A stretch of DNA of 64,000 nucleotides from an uncultured Methanosarcinales archaeon (GCA_963843555.1 CAWJKV010000010.1:80201-144200); one strand, 5' to 3'. Counted from the first letter of the stretch, positions 40,288 through 51,833 are shown. Translations and numbers: made by a program. Notes: a model not told the origin generated them from the letters alone.

Positions 40288-40737
40288 GTGCCAGGAGTCC
40301 AGAGTGCGGAGATGATTATATTGAAGATGACGTGGTTAATTGCCGTCTTAATTATGTTCTTTCTAGCCGTTGCACCAGCACTCGGTGAGATGACCGAGTA
40401 TCAGAGAGGGGTGGCGAACGGCCTCAAAGTCGGACTTTTTGTGGGCGAGTACTATGGAAGAGGCCAGTACGTAGTTGATTATGCGGGGCAGTATAATACC
40501 TATCTTGATACGTACAATCAATTTCTATGGTCGTCTTTCAGCACCAACCAGACTCTTAGGAATGAGTTCATGCTCAATCCCATTGCTGTCGCACCCAGAT
40601 CCTCAGGCAGCGGCGGGCCGCTGCCGGATGCTAGCGGCAGAATTTATGGATATCCTGCAGCTTCTTACTATACCTGGACAGGTGCAGTTCCAGGAACCAC
40701 CCCTGAAAATCCCGGGGCCGCTCTGCCTGGTGTTTAG
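40288..40737 (+). CDS. Secreted hypothetical protein (start probably at a downstream Met)
   Basis: Signal peptide WLIAVLIMFFLAVAPALG, followed by YQRGVANGLKVG. Confidence 0.65.
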   Translation: MPGVQSAEMIILKMTWLIAVLIMFFLAVAPALGEMTEYQRGVANGLKVGLFVGEYYGRGQYVVDYAGQYNTYLDTYNQFLWSSFSTNQTLRNEFMLNPIAVAPRSSGSGGPLPDASGRIYGYPAASYYTWTGAVPGTTPENPGAALPGV

Positions 40738-41125
40738 AAGATAGGGCAATTTCCCGAATTTCCCGGGAAATTTGCGCTACCCGCTCTTCCGGGGCCCAGG
40801 TGAATTGTATATTCTCTTTTTTTGTGAAGTCTAGGATGCGCCTTTGCCCAAATCACCGAATATAGGATCATTTGTTGACTAGCATTTTGGTGATCCATAA
40901 ACCGTCCTATTTTGCCAGCTCACTTCGTTGAAAGACGAATACCGAAAACTTTATATTCGTTGATTGTCTAGTATAGATTGGCAAAAGTCCAATTCTCTTT
41001 TCCCTCCTACATCACGACTTTTGCCTCCCTCCTTATCACACCATATGGATGAAGGGCGAACCAAAACGCCAGGTAGCCAGGCAGAGGAGACGAGCAAGGA
41101 TTTTTCGTGAAGACATGGCTGCGAG

Positions 41126-41990
41126 GGTCGTGTCCTCTAATAAGTTCGAGTTTGTAATAGGGATAAGTCAGAAGTTCGCTCAATGACCAGATATGATCGA
41201 TTAATCCTGCTTTTCTTTGCCAGACTGTCAAATCTATTCTTTCCCAATTCATCTTTGTATTTCAAGGATAAGTGCTCTCTACGGTAATTGAAGTTTGCAA
41301 AAGTATAGAATCATTTGTTCATATAGAGGTTAAGCCTTTCGATGTAACTGGTCGATATCATATAGAATCGATATCCTTTGCCATAAATTATTCTCTTGGT
41401 TACCTTTTTGAGAACGCCCCCTTCTCTTTCCTTTATTATCTGGGCATATCTTAATAAATCGCTTATTGCCAATCTTGGCGATCTAGGTCGTCCTCTTTTT
41501 CCTGTTCGTGGAAAGGCTTGTAACTGTCAGTATTGCTTAAGTAGGGCATTTGGATAGCACTTCAATCCATCGGTTACAAATAGCGGCATCGATCCCAGGT
41601 GTTTTAGCGATATTTGCAACAAGATTATCTGCCATTTCCTGTGATCTTTCTCCGATCACATGTGATACCACTAGCCTTGAACTGGTAGCCATGCTTATCC
41701 AGACCCAGGTTCCTTCATCCTCGAATTCTCTGTCTTTCGGCAATTGGTTTTTTCCACAAAGGTCCATAGTTCATCCATCTCTACCTTTTCGGTTACTATG
41801 TCCTTCATGACGACTTCGTCGACCTTCTGACTATGTTCAGCAGCTCTAGAAATCCATTTGCTTACTGCATCGGGTTTAACTTAAGAATCACTTCGATCTT
41901 GCGAAGGCTCATGCCACTCATGGACATCTCTAAGGGTTGAACAACTTTATCGTTACTTGTTCTGAGATCGTAAAAGGCGGTGTTGGTCCT
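41126..41990 (-). mobile_element. IS1-family transposase relic (one end kept, 5' part deleted)
   Basis: Fragments TAFYDLRT, EMDELWT, WVWISMATSSRLVVSHVIGERS, FVTDGL, GKRGRP, TSYIERLN and AGLIDHIWSLSELL, with stops and frameshifts. GGTCGTGTCCTCTAA terminus at 41126. Confidence 0.8.
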
Positions 41991-42208
41991 ATCACAGCCA
42001 AGGCCTATCGCGCCTCCGGCGCATCCGTAGGTCTCTCTGCTGAACACTGCTGTCCTCCCCTCGCGGGCGACTTTGGCATAGAGCCACATGATGCAGCCCC
42101 ATGCAATCCTTCTTGAGTTCGAGTGCACCTTTAGGGTTTTTATCGCTCCATATGAGCGCGACAGGTTCTGTTCTCAAGCCCGGCTGCCCGAGCAATTGCG
42201 CTTGTCAT
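41990..42208 (-). pseudogene. DUF169 family gene, N-terminal fragment fused to the IS1 relic
   Basis: MTSAIARAAGL / EPVALIWSD..P..A / WGCIMWLYAKVAREGRTAVFSRETYGCAGGAIGLG, then an abrupt switch to transposase sequence. Confidence 0.7.
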
Positions 42209-42653
42209 TCCCATCTTCCTTCACCTCCGTTCTGTCGAGATTTGTGATGACACGTTCGGCAATCCGGTAGGCGATCTCTTCCTCCTCAGGCGAAAAGCCC
42301 GCGAGAACCTCATCGTTGAGCTGATCGCCGATATTGACAAGTTCGCGCTCGATCGACCATGCCTTCTCAGTTAGCCTCACTATTAGTTTGCGGCTGTCTT
42401 TTTCGTCTTTTTTCCGAACGATATAGCCAGCCGCCTCCAGTTTCCTCACCTCTCTGGAGCAGAGTGCCTTGTCTATCTTCAGATCGGAGGCTATCCGCTC
42501 CTGGCTTGTACCGTCATGCTTGTAGAGATACCTCAGGATTGAGTACTGCGTTATACGAATAAAGTAAGGGCTGATCTTTTCGTTCAGCCAAGCTTGCTGG
42601 AGCCAGTACATCCGCGAGATGTACTTCCCAAAGGGTCCGTCTGTGTCTCTCAC
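42174..42653 (-). CDS. MarR-family transcription regulator, copy A (GTG start at 42653)
   Basis: QYSILRYLYKHDGTSQERIA..LKIDKALCSREVRKLEAAGYIVR..DEKDSR...VRLTEKA. Confidence 0.9.
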   Translation of the reverse strand: MRDTDGPFGKYISRMYWLQQAWLNEKISPYFIRITQYSILRYLYKHDGTSQERIASDLKIDKALCSREVRKLEAAGYIVRKKDEKDSRKLIVRLTEKAWSIERELVNIGDQLNDEVLAGFSPEEEEIAYRIAERVITNLDRTEVKEDGNDKRNCSGSRA

Positions 42654-42657
42654 AGAT

Positions 42658-42701
42658 TTAGTTGATGAGTCAACTAATATTAATAGTTGATGGGTCAACG
42701 A
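42658..42701. promoter_or_regulatory. Tandem palindromic operators flanking an AT-rich TATA-like core upstream of marR A
   Basis: Perfect TTAGTTGA-TGAG-TCAACTAA at 42658-42677 and TAGTTGA-TGGG-TCAACGA at 42684-42701. Confidence 0.75.
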
Positions 42702-42812
42702 TAACTGGTTTCTTCAGTTTTACTTTCAAGTTTTTTTTACTGGAAAGCTAAACAAGAAGCTCTGAACGACGCTAAAAAGGATAGGGAAATTTGTGCCCTC
42801 TTACGAGAATTT

Positions 42813-43529
42813 TTAATCAATGCTTTTTCCAAACTGATTGCAGAAGGCAAAATCCCCAATATTCCTGCGTACCCTCAGGTATTTGGGCGGCTGGGAGACA
42901 GGATATCCCAGGCGGACGGCATAGGCGATCTTCATATACTCCGGAATCTTGAGAATTCGCTTCACCTCTTCCTCTACAGAGCCCCCGCCAAAAACGCTCA
43001 GTATATGATAGCCGATCCCAAGGTCCTGGGCCATGAGCCACATATTCTCCATGAGGCAGCCTAGGCTCACGAACCCCAGAGCATCCCCCTCAGATGCAGG
43101 GGCCCTCTTCCTTGAATCATAGACCACTATGAGCAGCACAGGGCTGCCCTGAATTCTGTACCTCAGGGGAGCAGGCCCGCTCTCCCGCGCCACCCTGGTC
43201 CAGTCGCCCGGAGTCCTCCAGGACGGCGGGAACTGGGCGCCCAGGATTCCTACCTTCTTTTTGCACAGCTCTTCCTCAGAGAAGGAGAGCTGTTGATAAT
43301 TCTCCCTGAGGAATTCTTCTGAGATGCCTGACTTGATATTTCCTATTTCATCTAGGATTTTTTTGTCGTCAACGATGACGATATCGAAGTTCTGCATGTT
43401 GTGGGCTGTGGGAGCCCAGCGTGCCGCCTCCAATATTTTCCTCAAATCCTCCTTGGAGGGCGGACGGTTGGAATCAAAGGGTACCCTTGACGAATGCCTC
43501 TCCCGGATAACCTTCAAGACATCGCTCAT
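42813..43529 (-). CDS. Nitroreductase family protein
   Basis: IRERHSSR, ILEAARWAPTAHNMQ, ENMWLMAQDLGIG and RLGYP. Confidence 0.92.
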   Translation of the reverse strand: MSDVLKVIRERHSSRVPFDSNRPPSKEDLRKILEAARWAPTAHNMQNFDIVIVDDKKILDEIGNIKSGISEEFLRENYQQLSFSEEELCKKKVGILGAQFPPSWRTPGDWTRVARESGPAPLRYRIQGSPVLLIVVYDSRKRAPASEGDALGFVSLGCLMENMWLMAQDLGIGYHILSVFGGGSVEEEVKRILKIPEYMKIAYAVRLGYPVSQPPKYLRVRRNIGDFAFCNQFGKSID

Positions 43530-43561
43530 GAGATCAAACCTCCATCATATCTTTACCATCC

Positions 43562-43800
43562 TTAGATCTTTAAATTGCTCTGGAATAAACCTTTCCTGAC
43601 ATCATCCTCTCGTAGGCCAGGGGGCAGTCCTCAGGCGGATATATCTCAACTATGGGCCTAACGACTGTGAGGACGCTGAAGCGCAATGCATCCTTGGATC
43701 TTTCTCCTACCCAATCCTGATGGACCTTCCCCCGCGCAGCAGCAGGGATAACGGGATCTGCAGCAATCTTCTGGGAAGGTAACGATGACCATCTCCCCGT
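43562..43800 (-). pseudogene. C-terminal fragment of a Zn-dependent alcohol dehydrogenase
   Basis: GEMVIV / LLLRGGRSIR / WVG..SKDALRFSVLTVVRPIVEIYP.ED...AYERMMSGKV.SRA across frames. Confidence 0.6.
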
Positions 43801-44066
43801 TGTTTGCAGCTATCTTTTTCGTCCCTCTTCCTAACGAAAAAGCCTGCCTTCTCCAGTTTCCTCACCTCTCTGGAGCAGAGCGCCTTGTCTATCTTCAGGT
43901 GTGGGGCTATCCGCTCCTGGCTTGTACCGTCATGCTTGTAGAGGTACCTCAGGATTGAGTACTGCATTATGCGAATAGAGTAAGGGCTGATCTTTTCGTT
44001 CAGCCTTGCCTGCAGGAGCCAGTATATCCGCGAGATCTTCCCAGAGGGTCCGTCCGTGTCTCTCAC
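43801..44066 (-). pseudogene. MarR-family regulator copy B, truncated after DEKDS
   Basis: Highly similar DNA to 42390-42653; fused to the ADH fragment. Confidence 0.8.
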
Positions 44067-44070
44067 AAAC

Positions 44071-44114
44071 TTCGTTGATGTGTCAACTAACATTAATAGT
44101 TGATGGGTCAACGA
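44071..44114. promoter_or_regulatory. Second copy of the tandem GTTGA-N4-TCAAC operators, upstream of marR B
   Basis: TTCGTTGA-TGTG-TCAACTAA at 44071-44090 and TAGTTGA-TGGG-TCAACGA at 44097-44114. Confidence 0.72.
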
Positions 44115-44265
44115 AAAAAGTAGATGGTTATACGCATCGGCCAATGGGTTACCTTTCGAAAATCAATTCTATTTTGCCTCAAAAAGTTTTATCTAATATA
44201 AGTATTATTAGTGATCAACCATTGGTTGAGTCTTCATGATGCTTCGAGCCATGAGGTAATAGACT

Positions 44266-44448
44266 GTGAAAGAAGAGCTAGATAAGCTCAGGCAGGGTAA
44301 TGGCACCCGAAACTGGCAAACATGTTCTGATGCAAACGTAGGACCTGAGCTGGATTTTGCCGACATCATGAACACAGTCGGTCAAGGATTATTGGTGACT
44401 GGCGAAAATGGCTCATTAAATATGTTAATCCTGCCTTTGCAGTCGTGA
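44266..44448 (+). pseudogene. Possible PAS-domain sensor N-terminal fragment
   Basis: FADIMNTVGQGLLVTGENG, then YVNPAF in another frame. Confidence 0.45.
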
Positions 44449-44658
44449 GAAATGACGCTTAACGGCGGGCCGCTTGTTGAAGGAAATAAGGATCTTCAAG
44501 CGCAATTGGGTATCAATTTTTATCCTCGCGATATGCTATTCAGCCGAGATGCGTCGCGCCCGGAAATAGCATGCACCGACAGTCTTTTTAGGAATAGTTC
44601 ATATTTGTTTCGTTCCACCGGCAACCCGTAAATACCAAGCCGTTTCAACTTCATTTGA

Positions 44659-45679
44659 ATGTTGAATGATGTTCGCCTTTCCATCGCGGCAGAATTGATC
44701 AGAGATTACATCTCCCTGGACGGGATTGACTCGTACTGCGCCGAGACGGGAGTAGAGAGCCGGGACTTCGTGGAGGTAGAGCCCTGCGATTTTGAAGGCG
44801 AGATATTCGCAGTAGACGGCTCCAATGCCCCGATATGCAGCTGGTCGGTTGCCAATCTGAATTTCATCCGGGCAGGCTATGCCGTCTACCGGGGAAGGGA
44901 TTGGCAGAGGACGGTCATCACCTACGACGATATCTTCCTGGCCGACCCCAGGATGTGCAGGGAAGCCTTCGATCCCTATCTGGAGCAGATCTTCAACCTG
45001 AAGAGAATCGATCTCAAGGAATCAGATTTGGACAGGCTCTCCAGCTACTTCCGGGAGCTGCAGGAGTATGTGGCCCTGAATGAAGCCATAAACGATGCAA
45101 CCCCTGGAGATCTGGTCCTCTACGACGGCAGCTTCGATGTCTTTGAGCCTTTGCGAGGCGTTCTTTCCACCATATTTGCCCGGGCTAGAGAGAAGCACGT
45201 TGCCCTCCTGGCCATAGCCAAGTCCAGCTCTCTATTCTGGGGCGAAGAGATATCATTGCCTTTTGTGCAGCACACCAGCATTGCCGGCAGCCTGCTTATG
45301 CCAGGAGCTGCCTGGTATCTTAGCCTGAGGGATAAAAAAGTGGACCACGGCCAGGGCAGATGGGAAGGCGAGACCTACATCGTCCGCTTTAGCGGCCGCT
45401 CTGAGAGCGCCTTCCGGGTGGATGCGCCTTTATTTCTTGCCAGCGAAATCGGCCCGACCCTGGGAAAGCTGTCCGCCTACTCCTGTTCCTCCGAATGCCC
45501 GGGATATCCTCATGCCCTCTTCCGGGCCCACCGGGATATCAGGATCACTGCCCAGGAAGGAAGGCACACTGCGCCAGAAGCTGATGGAGCGGCTCTCTGC
45601 TATGGGGCTCAGTCAGTCTCAGGTTAGAGTGCTGATGCAAGACTACCACGACGTCCTGGAGATGCGACAAAGAATCTAA
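44659..45679 (+). CDS. nurA: NurA nuclease, apparent +1 frameshift at ~45568
   Basis: FAVDGS, LYDGS, IAKSS, FRVD and GYPHALFRAHRDIRI; position directly before herA. Confidence 0.88.
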
Positions 45680-45732
45680 GACGGATAGGAGAAACGAGGG
45701 ATAATTGAGATGAACAAAAGGGAGAGACGAAG

Positions 45733-47326
45733 GTGGAGATAAAAGAAGATGAGAATCTGCCTCACCAAGGCGGCAGTCTGTTGAATCGAATGGTGATAGA
45801 AAAGGGAGATACTACCTACCGCATCGTCTCAAAAAGCGTTACTGAATATCATTTCATAGTGCCCTACGACCAGCCCGAGGAGGATCGAGTGGAGGTTGGC
45901 CAGATCTTCTCCGTCAAAGACCGTGGCTTGACTTTCCTTGCCCGCGTTTTGAACATTGAGCACAGCTCTAACTATGACGGTCACTGGGATACCACCATGA
46001 AGGGGACTCAATTCTTCGACCACGATCAGATCTTCAACCGGGTTATCGCCGAACCCCTGGGTTGCGTTTCTCCTGAGGGCGTCTTCAGAAAGTCCCGAAC
46101 TCTGCCCACCAAATTCGCGCCTGTGATGCGCGCCGAGAAAGAGGAGTTCAAGTTCCTGCGCAGTGTTATGGGAGATATAGAGGTTGGATATCTGAGAAAC
46201 GGCTCCAGGCTGGTGGAAGAGATTCCCGTGGCTTTGCACAGCGAGGCCATGGACCACCACATGGGCGTCTTCGCCACAACCGGCATGGGCAAGTCCAACT
46301 TCATGAAGGTATTTGCCGCCTCGTGCATGAGGCTGGCGGCAAGAGGCAAGTCCAGGTTCGGGCTGCTCATCGTCGATCCGCACGGAGAATACCTGAAAGG
46401 GAAAAGGACCGGCGAAAGGGCTCACCCATCTCAAGAGATACAGGGAAGGTCTTGCCTGCTACTCCACTGACCTGAAGAACGCCTCCGATCCAGGAGTGGA
46501 GGAGCTGGCCATATCCGAGAGTGAGGTCCGACCGGAGGACATCGCCCTGCTCTATGAGTGGTCGCCGCCACAAAGGGACGCTCTGGATGCCATCTCCAGA
46601 ATCCTGGACTCGGGCAACTGGCTGGAGGAGATCCAGCGCCCGGAAGGGCTGGCCAGGATGGTCCAGGAAGGCTTCAAGGACACCACCGTCATGGTTCTGG
46701 TTAGGAGGATCAAGAATGAGCTGGAGAGAAACAAATACATAAAGAAGAGGTCCAGCCTGAACAACATCCTGACCAATCTGCAGAAAGGTTTGGTCGTCCT
46801 GGTGGATATCCCCAGGATGAGCGACCGCTCCGAGCTCTTCTTGCTCTCCGTCATCTCGCGCCATATACTGGAGGAGTACAAGAAAGATGAACAAGAGGGC
46901 CGCAAGAACTGCCTCATCACCATCGAGGAGGCGCAGAGGGTCCTCGGTGCAGACGGCAACATCTCCCGCTTCGAGAGCATAGCCCGGGAAGGCCGCAAGT
47001 TCGGGGTGGGGCTATGCGCCATCACCCAGCAGCCCAAGCTCATAGATAAAAAGCTCCTCTCCCAGTTCAACACCCTGGTGGTCATGGGCCTGGGAGACAG
47101 AAACGACCGCCAACAGCTCGAAGAGTCGGCCAAGCAGGACCTCTCCTCGATGGATATCGAGATTCAGACTCTGGAGAAGGGGGAAGCCGTCGTCTCCACG
47201 CTGAATATCCCCTTCCCGGTGCCTGCCAGGATACACCGCTATGAGGATTACTTGCGCCGTCTGGATAAGGAAGAAATGGAGGAGAGCCTTATAACCAGAG
47301 GAGGCTTCAAACCGTTTCTGGAGTAG
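45733..47326 (+). CDS. herA: HerA helicase/ATPase, apparent +1 frameshift at ~46405
   Basis: HMGVFATTGMGKSN, VDPHGEY, IEEAQR, AREGRKFGVGL..ITQQP, SQFNT and LEKGEA. Confidence 0.92.
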
Positions 47327-47338
47327 GAGAGGGAAGAG

Positions 47339-48484
47339 TTGAAGATAATTCATCTGGCCGATTCGCATTTGGGATTCTCCAGCTACAGCCGTATGGATGA
47401 GCACGGCCAGAACCGGATAGAAGAGATGGTCTACTCCGGATTTGATCAGGCCATAGACAAGATCATTCAAGCCCGTCCCGATGCCGTTGTCCATGCGGGT
47501 GATGTCTTCCACCACGTCCGACCCAAGATCAGACCACTGGTGGTCTTCCAAAGAGGTTTGCATCGGTTGATGGAAGAGGGCATACCTGTGATCATAATCA
47601 GCGGCAACCACGACGCCCCCAAGAGCTTTTCTCTGACCAGCCCCTTCCGGCTCTTCGAGGGCCTGCGGGATGTGCATATTGCCCAGCGTTATAAGTACGA
47701 ACGCTTTCAGGTCGGAGACCACGATTTTCACTGCATTCCCTTCTGCCTGGAACCGCAGGATTACCTGACCGAGTTTGAGAGAATCGAGCGCTCGGGGAAA
47801 GATGTGCTGGTTATGCATGGCCTGGTGGAGTCGCTGCAAAACCGTAAGATGAGGAGCGTGGGAGAGCATGAGCTGAAGGATAGCCTGCTGAAGAGTGACT
47901 TCGACTACATAGCTCTCGGCCACTTTCATGGGCAGGCGAAGATTGCCGCCAATGCCCGCTACAGCGGCTCGGTGGAGTACTTCAACTTCGGGGAGGCCCA
48001 GGACGAAAAGGGTATGCTTCAGGTAGACCTGGAGACAGGAGCGGCCACAAATGTGCCTGTGAAGCCAAAGTACATGATGGACCACCCGGCCATAGACTGC
48101 ATCGGGAAGCACTCTGAGGAGATAGCAGAATGTCTCCTGGAGCTGTGCCATGAGGATGAGGTGAGGGATCGGATGGTTCGCATCACCCTGAAGAACGTCA
48201 ATCGTGCCGCTTACAGGAGCATAGATCAGGGAAGGCTAAACCGGCTGGGAACGACCGCCCTTTACTTCAAGATTCGGCTGGAGTTTCTCGATGAAGAAGA
48301 GCATATCGAGCGACCGGTGGACAAGATGCTGCTCCATGAGGAGTTTGCCGGCTTCATGGAGGAGAGAGCTTCCCGAGATATGATACCAAAGGCGATTAAA
48401 GACGATGTCGTCGCCTATGGATCGGATCTCATGAAAAAAGCAGTGCTGTCCAGGCACAAAGAGGCGTTGGATGCATCTCAATAA
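47339..48484 (+). CDS. mre11: Mre11/SbcD nuclease
   Basis: HLADSHLG, AGDVFH, SGNHD, ALGHFH and YSGS.E...FGE. Confidence 0.93.
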   Translation: MKIIHLADSHLGFSSYSRMDEHGQNRIEEMVYSGFDQAIDKIIQARPDAVVHAGDVFHHVRPKIRPLVVFQRGLHRLMEEGIPVIIISGNHDAPKSFSLTSPFRLFEGLRDVHIAQRYKYERFQVGDHDFHCIPFCLEPQDYLTEFERIERSGKDVLVMHGLVESLQNRKMRSVGEHELKDSLLKSDFDYIALGHFHGQAKIAANARYSGSVEYFNFGEAQDEKGMLQVDLETGAATNVPVKPKYMMDHPAIDCIGKHSEEIAECLLELCHEDEVRDRMVRITLKNVNRAAYRSIDQGRLNRLGTTALYFKIRLEFLDEEEHIERPVDKMLLHEEFAGFMEERASRDMIPKAIKDDVVAYGSDLMKKAVLSRHKEALDASQ

Positions 48485-51400
48485 GCTGGTCATGCGCAAC
48501 TTCAAGAAGTTTCGCCGCGCCGAGGTGGAGTTTCAAGACGGGCTCACCGGCATCGTAGGCAGCAACGGCGCCGGAAAGAGCACCATAGTGGAGGCCATTG
48601 CCTGGGCTCTCTATGGAAACCGTGCTTCCAGCATAAAAAGAGATTTCATTCGCAATGCCCAGGCCGGGGAGTCAGATCCTGTGGAGATAAGGCTCGCCAT
48701 CTCCCTGGGCAAACAGGAGCTGGTCATCTACAGGGCCATGAAAGGAAAAGGCCTCATGCCGGAGACCTTTCTAATACTGGACGGGCAGAGAATTGCAGCG
48801 GGCACAAAAGAGGTGGACCAGAGGCTGGAGGAGATCCTGAAGATCAGCTATCCGGATTTCATGAAGACCTTCTATGCCCGGCAAAAAGACCTGGACAATC
48901 TTCTAAAAGAGGGCGGGGCGGGCAAGAGGGAGTACCTGCTCAAGCTCCTGGGACTGGATGATATCAAGGAAAATGCCATAGTTGAGATCAAATCCGACCA
49001 CGCCCTCCTGGAGGAGCAGAAGAGCCGGCTGGCAGGAGCGCTGGCGGAAATTGGGGACGTCGAGTCCCGGCTGCTGAATGCCTCTCAAGAGATTCTAATA
49101 GCAGGAAAGGGGCTGGAGGAAGCCGAGAGCGGCCGGGCAAGTCTGGCGGAAGCCTGGGAGAAGAGGCGGCAGGAGCTGGAGACCATGGCAGAGAAGATGC
49201 GCCAGCATGGTCTCTTAACAGAGAGGGCGAAGAGCCTGGAGGCAACGGATGGAGAGCTGAAAGCGATAGTGAAGGCGGCAGAAGAGCGGCTCTCTGAAAT
49301 CCATGCGTCTAAGAAAAGGCTCTCGGATCTTCAGCCCATGCTGGAGAGGCTGGCGGGCATAAAGGACAGACTGGAAATTTTGCAGCCCAAGAGAGTGGTT
49401 TATGAAGAGACGGCCCGTCACATAGCCGCCCAGGAGGCTGCTATACAGGGCGAGAAGAAGGCATTTGCAGAAAGTCAGAGAGAGCTCCTGGCGCTGGTAC
49501 CAGGATGCAGCCATGCTAGAAGAAATCCGTCCCCGGGAAGAAGAGCACACCCATCTGCAGGCCCGGCTCCTGGTCCTGGAGGGCTTGAGAGATAAATATT
49601 TTGAGATACAGGCCCGGATGAAAGAGGAGGCCGTCAGAGGGCAGGCGATCGAAGCCAACCAATCTCGCATCAATATGCTGATTGGAGATCTTCACAAAGC
49701 CCGGACCAGGCGGGAGGAGATTGCATCCTGCCGGGAAGAAGAAAAAAGGTGCAAGAGCGAACTGGCGGAACTTATGCGGCAAAGAGAGCTGCAAAAGGAG
49801 CTGGAAGGTCTGCAGGCGCGAGAGAATGCCCAGGAAGAGCGCCTGGCCAGGCTGAAGAGTGAAGCGGCGGGAGCACGAGAAGAGCTGGAAGGCCTGGGGA
49901 GAATTGAGGAGAAAGAGGCACAGCTGCGACGTCAGGATAAAGATCTGGACCAGCTGGTCAGCGAGCTCTCCCACGTCCTATCGGATCTGAGAGGAAGTTG
50001 CAGGGTCCAGGAGATGACCCTCAAAGATGCGGAGCGCTCTATAAAAAGGGTTATGGCCCTGGGCGCAGAAGGGCTCTGCCCCACCTGCGAGCGGCCTTTA
50101 GAGGACCAGCGCGATCTGCTCATAAAAAAGTATGAAAATTCCGCAGCAGAGGCAAGAGTGGAGCAGGAGAAGCTTGCCGCCAGAATTGCCGCTCAAGAGG
50201 AGTTGATCGAGGGTGCGACCAGGTCGAGGAGCAATCTGGCCCGGGCCTTCGACGAACTGAATGCCCAAAAGAGCCGGCGTTCGGCTCTGCAGGCCGATTT
50301 GAAGAGCCTGGCCATACAGATGCACGAGTCGCAAACCGAGCAAAAGGAGATCAGGGCCAGAATCGGGAGACTGGGAACCGTCAACTTCGACGCCGTAAAG
50401 CTGCAGCAGACGGAATTGGCCCTGGAAGCACTTGGGCCCCTGGTTATGGAGTACGCTGGCCTTTCCCAACGTCTGGAGGGGCTGCCCGGCCTGGAGATGG
50501 AGATGGCCCAGGGGCAGCGGGAGTTCGCTGCTCTCAAGGAGAGGCAGGGACAGCTCATCCGGCAGATACAGGACCTGGGCTACACTGAATCGGATTACAT
50601 GAGTGCCAGAGAGTGTCATGCTACCCTCAAGCCGCTTCACGATCGATTTCTCTCTCTCTCGGAGAGGGTGGCACAGATTCCCGCCCTGAAGGAGAGAGTG
50701 ATAGGGCAGGAGAAAGAGATAGAGAGGCTCGAACTGGGACTGTCGGCTCTGCACAGCTCGCAAAAAGAGCTGGGCTATGAACCTTCGCAGTATGAGGCTC
50801 TTTTTAGAGAATTGAAGGACCTCGGTCCAGCAGAGAGCGAGGCGCAGAAGATTCGCGTGATGATAGCAGGCGAGATGGAGACGGAGGAGAGGCTGGCTGC
50901 GGCCCATGCAGCCGCAGAAAAACTAAAATTGGATCTCAAAGTGTGCAGGGAGAATCTTCTGGCCCTGGCATACAGCCCGGATGAGCATGAATTGGCGAAA
51001 GATATGCTGGCCCGCGCGGAAGAGAAGCTGGAAATGGCCAGGAAGGCTGTTTCAGAGCACCAGGTGCGGATGGGCGTTCTGGTGGCAGCCCGGGACCGAT
51101 TTGTCGAAGAAGCGCAGAGGAAGAGGGAGCACGAGAGAGCGTTTGGCGAAGTGCGCCGACGGCTGGAGGTAGTGGATACCGCCAGGGCTCTGGTCAACGA
51201 TTTCATGGACCAGGTATTGATCCGGGTCAAAAACGATATCGCCCGCGCCGCCAGCGAGATCCTGGAGGAGGTCAGCGGCAAGTACAGCCTCCTCAAGATC
51301 GATGACGACTTCAACATTCAGGTAGAGGACGGAGGCGAATGTTATCCCATATCTCGCTACTCGGGCGGGGAGATCGATATGATCGCTGTATCCGTGCGCG

Positions 51401-51651
51401 TGGCCATCAGCGAGTACCTGATGCGCTTTGGGCCGGATGGGGAGAGCTATTCATTCCTCATTCTGGACGAGGTCTTCGGCAGCCAGGATCAGGAGCACCG
51501 GGAGAAGATGATTCAGATGCTCCGCAGCCTCGAAGAGCGGTTTCCTCAAATCATCGCCATCAGCCACATCAGCGACGTGCAGGGGCAGTTCGACAATACC
51601 TTGCAGGTCGTGGAGGATGAGCTGGGCAACAGCCGGGTGGAGGCGATTTAG
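48471..51651 (+). CDS. rad50: Rad50/SbcC SMC-family ATPase, apparent +1 frameshift at ~49495
   Basis: GSNGAGKST, Q-loop YARQ, zinc hook CPTC, signature YSGGE, Walker B LILDE and ISH. Confidence 0.93.
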
Positions 51652-51710
51652 GCTCTCCGCCTTTTTCCTGTGGCTAACCCCGGTTACTGTAGCGTTCCAG
51701 TTTTTAGTTA

Positions 51711-51833
51711 GCCTTCCTCGGTTCTCTGTGAACTCTATGAGCTCAGTGGTTGAAACGTAGCAAGCACGCTGGCTCTCAGCGGTTACGGACGTTCACCACA
51801 GAGTCACAGAGAGCACGGAGGACACACAGAGGC
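51711..51833. repeat. Imperfect inverted repeat built from ~9-nt CTCTGTGNN units (REP-like element)
   Basis: Left arm ...CTCTGTGAACTCTATGAGCTCAGTGGTTGAAACG; right arm CGTTCACCACAGAGTCACAGAGAGCACGGAGGACACACAGAGG. Confidence 0.65.

Noticed and set aside
45560..49500. Programmed frameshifting in nurA, herA and rad50
   Set aside because: There is no shared slippery heptamer or stimulatory structure, and the same kind of indel occurs in unrelated genes.
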